Source: the human T2T-CHM13v2.0 reference genome, Homo sapiens. From it: a stretch of DNA of 64,000 nt. Below, in pieces: positions 56,130 to 64,000 of the stretch. The notes under the pieces were generated by a model. It saw nothing but the letters and a program-made list of their open reading frames with translations, searched no databases and was not told the origin of the DNA. A program made the translations under genes and the position numbers. Where the stretch lies: the NCBI RefSeq assembly GCF_009914755.1, contig NC_060937.1. One strand, written 5' to 3'. Within the stretch, counting starts at the first letter, position 1. Every line of letters begins with the position of its first letter.

Positions 56130-57164
56130 TCAATTCCCATCAAGCATCGTAAGTCCCCACAATTTACTCACATATGTGCTTGATTTTCCTGTGGCATATC
56201 TCATTTCCACAAACAGAATATCTCATTGATTTGAAAGTTATTAATCAGAACACCCTTCTCTGTTACTAAGTGCTGAAAAGGAAGAGCAGAGCTTCTCAGA
56301 TGTGGTCGAAACTCCAAAAATCTCCACTACATCTTGAAGGATATTACTCTGGAATTTTGGACTGTCTGCAAAGTTGCTGCAGCCCCAATAAATGTTCAAA
56401 AATTTAACTACAATTTATTCCATCTGTTTCATTGAGGGTTTTCTTAACATTTGATAATTACTGAAGAGAACATTTTGAATTTTTGCTGCATGTGTGGTAG
56501 AATAATTCTTTGAATATTATTATTATTATTTTTGCTGTAAGAATTTCTTTTTATTCCAAGCAGTTGGTCACTTTTTGGGTTTCGATTACTCAGGAAGTGG
56601 TAGACGGATTGCATAGCTAAGCAGGAACCAGGATAGGGTCTCCCTATGTCTTAGCTTCTGGTGTGCTGGTACAGAATGGTTGGATTTATCAACTTTCCGA
56701 TGACTGATTCCTTAAGTCAACTCACAAGACAGTGATATTTGAACCAAAATGCCAAATAATTATTAATTGCAATGGAGAAAATTTATTTCTGGTGGTCTCT
56801 ATTCGCATACCTCCTTTGCAGTGTCAGGGTACCTTAGGGGTACTCAGAATTTTGCTTGCTAAAAAGAACAAAGGGAGAAAGGTAATCTTAAAATCTGTTT
56901 TTTTTTTCCAGGCTAGGTAAAATCCAGAGAGCTCTCCCTGCCTTCCAGATTTCCCAACTCTAGTAAGCTTTAGAGAGAACCGCATTTCTGTCCCTGATTT
57001 AGTCTTGCTCTCTTCTGAATACTTGATAAACAGAGAGGAATTTCTTTGATTTGCACTTGCATTTATTTGACCTCTGCTGAACATTGCCTTGATGTTTATG
57101 CATTATTTTTTTTGAATAATAATCCCATTGAACATTTTCTGGATAACTAGTTAAGTTTTTTCTG

Positions 57165-57516
57165 GGCTAGTCTGTTCTCATGCTGCTAATAAAGACATAC
57201 CTGAGACTGAGTAATTTATAAAGGAAAGAGGTTTAATTGAACCACAGTTGCACATGGCTGGGGAGGCCTCACATCATGGTGGAAGAGCAAGGCATGTCTT
57301 ACATGGCGACAGGCAAGAGAAAGCTTGTGCAGGGGAACTCCCCTTTTTAAAACCACCAGCTCTTGTGAGACTTATTCACTATCATGAGAACAGCATGGGA
57401 AAGACCTGCCCCCATGATTCAGTTACCTCCCACCAGGTCCCTCTCACAACACATGGGAACTGTGGAAGCTACAATTCAAGATGAGATTTGGGTGGGGACA
57501 CAACCAAACCACATCG
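57165..57516 (-). mobile_element. THE1-type MaLR solo LTR
   Basis: tagtctgttctcatgctgctaataaagacatacc...gggtggggacacaaccaaaccacatc. Confidence 0.87.
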
Positions 57517-58147
57517 TAGGCTCTGCTTTCTGAGGATTTTACCTAAAAACATTGTATTTCTGAAGACTTTTGCAATAAATCTATCTTTTCCTTGACACAT
57601 TTATTTTACTAATTTAATTTGCAGAAGACAACCATCTTAGCTATTTGGTGGGCATTATCTAGTTAATAAATTATGTTCATAAGTTAATATACACAAACAT
57701 ATTTACATGTTTCATATCAAGTCTCTCAAAATAATACTTTTTACCCCTAAAAACATCTAAATATTATCTCAAATGAAAAAAGGAAGAAGATCACTCCTTC
57801 GAAATAAAAATTGCATTTGTGTAGTTGGGAGGTTTTCTTGAATGATATCTTGAAGCTAAAATGGGAAATAATTACTAAAAGGAATCAACATTTATTTTCT
57901 GTCCAAATACAGTAAGTAAAGAATGATTGGTCTGTGTTTCATCGTTGTAGCAATGTGTGAAAGGTGGTATAGAATGGCTTGGTTTGGTCCCAGTAATAGT
58001 GTGAATCTGTGTAGGAGAAGCCAGTGGCCGGTTGTCCCCAGGTGTCCCTGGATCGATTTAACAGCCTCTACTGGGAAGCAAGAATTGGAAGAACAGTCAA
58101 TTGAAAAGAATAAGTAGCAATACGGTTAAATAAGAAGTCTTGAGGTC

Positions 58148-58712
58148 CTCAAAAAATGAAAAATGGAATTACCATATGATCCAGCATTCCCACTTGTGGG
58201 TATATATCCAAAAGGATTGAAAACAATATCTCAAAGAGTTATTTGCACATTTATGCTTCATTGCACCATTATTCACAATAGCCAAGAGGTGGAAGCAACT
58301 TAAATAAACATGGACAGATGGATGGCTGACGAGATGTGTCGTATATATATGGAATATTATGGAGCCTTGAAACAGAAGGAAGTCCCATCATGAGCTACGG
58401 CATGGATGAACCTTGAAAACATTAGCTAAATGAAAGAAGCCAGTCACAAAAAGACAAATACTGCATAATTCCACTTACAGGAGGTATCTAGAGTAGTGAG
58501 ACTCTTAGAAACAGAAAGTAGAAAAGTGGTCACCAGGGGCTGTGGGAGGTTGAAAATGGGAAGTTTTTGTTCAGTGAACGTAGAGTTTTGGTTTTGCAGG
58601 ACGGAAGGTTCTAGAGATCTGTTGCACAACAATGTGAATATGGTTAATACTATGCACATAAAAACGGTTAAGATCGTAAATTTTATGTCACACATTTTTT
58701 CAACCACAATTT
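58148..58712 (+). mobile_element. L1MB-like 3' fragment
   Basis: accatatgatccagcattcccac...catggatgaaccttgaaaacatt...ggttaagatcgtaaattttatg. Confidence 0.8.
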
Positions 58713-60474
58713 AAACATGAAAGGATAGTCTTGGATCATATGGCTGTTTCTCAGCTTCAGACCAACGCCAGGACACTTGCCACCTCCATCAGAGCTCTGC
58801 ACTGTCCGGCCGACATTCCCACTTTTCCTGGCCTTGCTTTCATTGCACATGGATTTTCCTGTCCATGGTTCTTGGTTCACCCCATGGTGCTTCCTCAAGC
58901 ACCTACATTCCCCAAGGGTTAGGAGGCAAAGTGCTGAGAGGTTAAGAGGGAGACAAAAGCATTGCTTGTTGTGGGAGAGGGTGAAAATAGTTGCTTTCAA
59001 AGTCCTTCCTGATCTTGGCCTCATTTTCTTGTTCTTTACCAGTAGGTCCCAGGGATAATGTTTGGGTAGACACAGAGTCTGTGAACTCCTAGGAGATACT
59101 GTCCAAGCACCCAGGCTCAAGTTTCTGGAGGAGATAATATAGAGTGTATGAGAGTGGGATGGGTGAACTAGATAAACTTTAAAGTTCTTTCATCCTCTGA
59201 GATTCTTTTATTCCCCCCAAATCTATTTGTCTTTTATTGTTATAAACACAGGCTTTTGTGATGTGTTTACTCAAGATGTCCCTGTTGACATTTTATATTT
59301 TTCTAAATGTCACTCTCCTATCAATTATATATGAAATTCATATTGGTTTCTATATGAGACAGTTTATGCAAAATAAGAGGGCTTTGTATGGTTTTGAGAT
59401 TCTGAAACTTGTGATTTATATAAGATATTAAACAGAATTTTCTACAATAACTTCCCATTTCTGCATTATTTTCCGACTTTGAAAGTGAAGGAGGCCATAA
59501 ATTATATTTTACAGTTAACAGACCTTTAAAAAATATCAATAGAGTCTTAGCTTTGGTATCAGAATGCCATCTAGGGACAAACAGGTCTATCCCGACAATT
59601 TTATTTATTTTACTTATCTTAACACATAATTTATTAGCAAAGACTCCACGAAGCTAGCCTTCTCCTAATATAATGCATTAATCTAAGTGGGACATAAACG
59701 CTGAGGCCAAACCACAACAACCTGCACTATTCAAAGCAGGACAATTATTTCCTGAAGATGAAAGTCTCTTTATGAGCGCTGTCAATTCTTCATCTTTTCC
59801 CATAGTAAAAGTGGTTTTTATCTGGTTTCTATTGGTATCCCAGGTAGCTAACATTTAAATCATGACATATCTGTGAGAAATCCCATCTATCGAGAAATGG
59901 GAACAGGCAGTACCGTGTTGAGAGAAAGGGGACTTGCAGTGCATCCAAATGAATGTGTTTATGTTTTAAGTATCCTCATTCTATACAAATGGAAAATGGA
60001 TATTTTTAACATTCATCAATAGCTTCACAAAGAACACATTTTGGAAGTCACTTAGACTTTATAACATTCAGGATACTTAAATTTGAATTTTCATAGATCG
60101 GGCAATAAAGTAACAACACTCAGTATCTAGGACTTCTCTCTCTCCTGTGTTACGTTTCAACATTTCTTAGCGAAATGTTGACCAGCACAGACCAGAATGA
60201 TTTGAGTTGGCTGCAATGAAGGAAAATGCAATGAACAAACAAATGCTTTCGTTATGTTAGATGGCACAGTTTTGGCTTCCTTCTCCTTAACATTTCTTCC
60301 CCTTGAATTAGAGAGGAATCTATCTGGTTCATTTGCAGATCATCAGAAATATAATAAGGATAGCTCTTTTAAAATATAAAATTAAAAAGGAACATATTAA
60401 ATGTCTACAGAAAATTCCAGAAGCTTATTAATTTTAATTTTTAAAGTCACCTCTATTACTTATTACAGAGGGGC

Positions 60475-60670
60475 AACAGAACATTCTGGAGCCAGACCGC
60501 TCGTCTGAATCTCAGCCCCACCTTTCCTACTCATCTGACTTGGGGCAAATTAACGGAAGCATTTTCTGCCTTTGTTTCCTCTTTAGTAAAATGGGTTTTA
60601 AATAGTACCTAGTTCATGATGACAGCATGAGGATTAAATGACTGTTCGAAGAACATGGAGCAAAGCTTGT
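60475..60670. mobile_element. MIR SINE
   Basis: ctggagccagac...tgacttgggg...gtttcctc..gtaaaatgg...gaggattaaatga. Confidence 0.7.
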
Positions 60671-61207
60671 CACATTTAGCTTATTGGAAAAGGCAGTTTC
60701 TTACTTTAGTCAAAGAGAAACAAACCAAACCCAATCCTGTGGTTAGCTTTCTAATAACTCCAGTGAAGGGTAAGTGAATGGAAAAAGTCCTTCATTATAT
60801 GAAAACAAATAAATATCAAGTGCCTACCTTAAGCACAGTAGTACACTAGGGAGAAGCTTAGAAGTGAAAGGTATAGCTCCAAATGCCGATGTGTGATGCA
60901 GTTAGATAGGAGACAAGAGGGAGAGGCTCACGGAGGGTCTCCCATGGTGCCCCGTGCACCTTTCTCATAGCTCTTCTTCCCCTGTGTCCTTCTTGCTGTT
61001 TTCAAGGGTACCCTCTGCCTTCTAACAACAGGCTGTTTGTTTTAGCTGTAATGCCTAACAGTTTCTGGAGGACACTAACTGTTCCACCCATATTTGTTGA
61101 TTGAATGAATAAATGCATGAATCCTTTTGAAATAAAATGGCTATGAAACTATTCACTAAAGAGATGAGATTTGATATGGGCTTTGAATGATGGGAGAATT
61201 TACATGA

Positions 61208-61480
61208 GAGTTGCCAGATCAAATGCAGGGTGTCCGGTTAAATAAGAATTTCAGATAAACATCAATTTTTTTTCAGTGTAAATATGTTTCATGCAACATT
61301 TGGGATATACTTATTCTGAAAATGATTCACTGTTTACATTTCAGACAGACAATTTTTTTGGGGTAAGTATTACAAAATATTACATGGAATATACTTTTAC
61401 TAAAATTTATTCATTATTTTTCTGAAATTCAAACTTTATTTGATGTCCTGTATTTTTATTTGCTAAATCTTGCAACCCCA
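61208..61480. mobile_element. MER33/MER3-like hAT DNA transposon
   Basis: Terminal inverted repeats gagttgccagat ... atcttgcaaccc. Confidence 0.75.
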
Positions 61481-63029
61481 ATAAGAGAAATAGGGAATAG
61501 AAGGAATTTTAATTTAAGGAAATGGCAAGAGAAATATATGTAGGCATTTTGTTTTTGAGAAAATTAGGTTTTGAGTAGAAATAGCTGAATGAAGAATTGG
61601 GGTGGGAATAATCCCTGGAATAGTACTCTTTCTTTCTCATTTTTTTTTTAACTGTATATTTCTGAGCACCCTCCCCTGACCCCACCTTGATCTTCCTTGA
61701 TCCTCCAGCATAGATGTTCTGTATAAGGTAAAGGGCAAAGGGTTTGCAAGGCACATAGCCTTTTGGTCACTCAACCTATAAAGTTACCTTAAATGCTACC
61801 GCCTGTTTAAGAGATAGGTACATGACTGTGTGTTCAGGAAAATAGTGACTCACAATAAGCATACATTTAGACATTTCAAATAGATTTATTGTAGCTCTTT
61901 AATGTAAATAGAAACTGACCTTATCGTTTTCTTTAGATAGACTCAACCCTGGATTTTGACAGGTGCTTTGGTAAGTTAGCTGAAAGCCTTCCCTTTGCTC
62001 TTTCAATGTGCTTATTATGAAAGACAGCCTGGGCTAACTCTCCCAATATCAGCATTCCTTTTTCTTTTCTCTTTCCTTCTTTCCTTCCTCTCTTCCCTCT
62101 TTCTATTTCTCTGTCTTTCTTTTTACTGGATCCATGATTCAGTACTTTTTTAAAAAATCTGGAAACAAACTATACTGGCAGTTTTTACGTTTATCACATT
62201 GTATTAAATACCTAGTGTTCATCATAATTGGCTGGGCTATGAGAGCCTTGTAAATATCTAATAAATAAAAACAACATATTCTTCCAGGTGATCCTGTTGA
62301 AAAACAAGACAAACATTTGACCTATCTCTTAAATTAACATCCTTTTCCTTAAACTACTTAAAATATTGACTATAAAGACATAGGACCCAATTGTGCTCCT
62401 TAACAGTAAATCTTCTCGTCTTTTCTACCTTTCAACTTTTAGACTTTAAGGCATTTAAAAGGCACAGATCCAGAAAGGCAAAACCACAGAGACCAAGCAG
62501 CAAAGTGAAAGGAAGATAAGAAGATATTTATTTTCTATCAGCATTCATAACTTTGTATTATTCAACCTAATTTCATTTTTCCGCATGTGTGAAGTGAATT
62601 GTTTATAATGAGAAAAGGGAGAGAACACTAAATTTCATGGGATGAAAGACTCTTTTAAAGATAAACCAAAGGGCAATTGAGAAGTATGGTCCCAAAGAAT
62701 AATAATAGAATCTTGCCTTTTAAACTTTATTTTATTTCAGTGACTCCATGGCCTGGTGCATGATGCAGTCACCTGAGAACATGAAGTACTGGTGGGCTTT
62801 CATCTGGAAACTTTAAATATAATGCCTGGTTCTCTCTTCTCTCTCTCTCTCTCTGTCTCTGGCTTTCAGTATATAGACACAGCTATGGAAAATCCAAATT
62901 TATTGTTCACTGCCAGTAATAGGAACAGAAGGGAAAAATAAATGTTAGGTTGATATAGTTACTAATATTTGCAAAATAAAACAAATTTAAACAAATATAA
63001 GGTAAATAAAGGATATTTCTCCATGATAC

Positions 63030-63700
63030 AGTATTCAATTCAATTTGAAAAATATTTACTCAGTGCTTTCAGGAGGCCAAGCTCTGTTTTAGGCATCGGA
63101 GGAAATATAATGATACAGTCTTTATGCTCAGGCTGATGATGGTTTGATGGTGGCAAGGAAAAAATTCAATATGAAAGTGATTATCATATAGAACAGAATG
63201 TAGTAAGAGCCTAAGGAGGGATATACCCACAGCACCAAGACATGTTTGATGGAGAAGAGATTACATCTCGTTGTGAGAGCAGGAGGATAGGGTGATTGTG
63301 GTCAGGAAGGAAGTAAAATTTGAAATGGAAATTGACTGGGGGAGAAATGGGAGATAAGTTTCTGGTGGATATAAAGTTGCAAGTCATTGAAAAGGATCAC
63401 TGAGAAAGATCTGGCCCTGCTGGAGAGTATGGTGTGTGTAGGCAATGAAAGGAGATCAGGCTAGAAAGTGAGGTTGGGGCTAAACTTCTGAAGGGCTTTG
63501 AATGCCAGAATGCATCTTTTCTACCTAATGTGGCTGGCTGCAAGAAACCATTTAAGATCTGAGTACAATAATCAGATTAATTTGGCATCCATTTGAAAAG
63601 TGCTGTGGATCAGAAGGAATTTGTGAGTAAGAGCAAGAAAGACTTGGAAGCAATTTAGAATCCATGTGAGAGGTGATAAGACTCTAAAGAAGATTGGTGG
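63030..63700. mobile_element. L2 fragment
   Basis: attcaattcaatttgaaaaatatttactcagtgc end motif followed by purine-rich L2-like body. Confidence 0.6.
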
Positions 63701-64000
63701 CAGTAACGGTGGATCTGAGGAGAGCCGAGAGCATCGTTGTGTTATAGCCGGCTTCTGTCTTTCAAAGAGGCTTGGCTAGACCAAATCAATCAGCTCCCCG
63801 CTACTTCTGGACTTAGATGTGTCTCACTTTCCTTCCTAAGTCCTGGGCTTTCTAGGCTTGCCCAGGAAACAGGAACAGAGGGATAGCATGTGCAAAGGTT
63901 GCTCTCTAGTTGATGGCAAATTTTCTTTCCACTTGAGTATCACAAAAGCAACATTTAAAAATGTTATTTATCACTCTATAAACCACAAAGTGATGGAAGA

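Overview
Primate (almost certainly human, chr13q33-type) genomic DNA containing the complete six-exon SLC10A2 gene (ASBT/IBAT, ileal Na+/bile acid cotransporter) on the minus strand. The CDS is join(46455-46079, 38587-38469, 32921-32833, 31644-31469, 29658-29501, 26471-26344) = 1047 nt / 348 aa, all introns GT-AG. A ~2.1 kb 3'UTR ends near an AATAAA at 24232-24237. The promoter/5'UTR carries a 127/128-bp tandem duplication with HNF1, GRE-like and CDX motifs, plus an upstream DR1. The rest is AT-rich DNA full of Alu, L1, L2, MIR, MaLR/ERV LTRs and DNA transposons; all other ORFs in the track look spurious. I see no new multi-gene system. The most notable observations are a ~250-bp imperfect palindrome at 1177-1423, a rare 5'-inverted AluY in intron 5, Ile98/Ala171 alleles, inverted Alus flanking frameshifting exon 2, a nested L1>Ricksha(ERVL cargo)>Alu stack and a solo LTR10-like element in intron 2. 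Repeat subfamily names come from recalled consensus motifs, not a database search.
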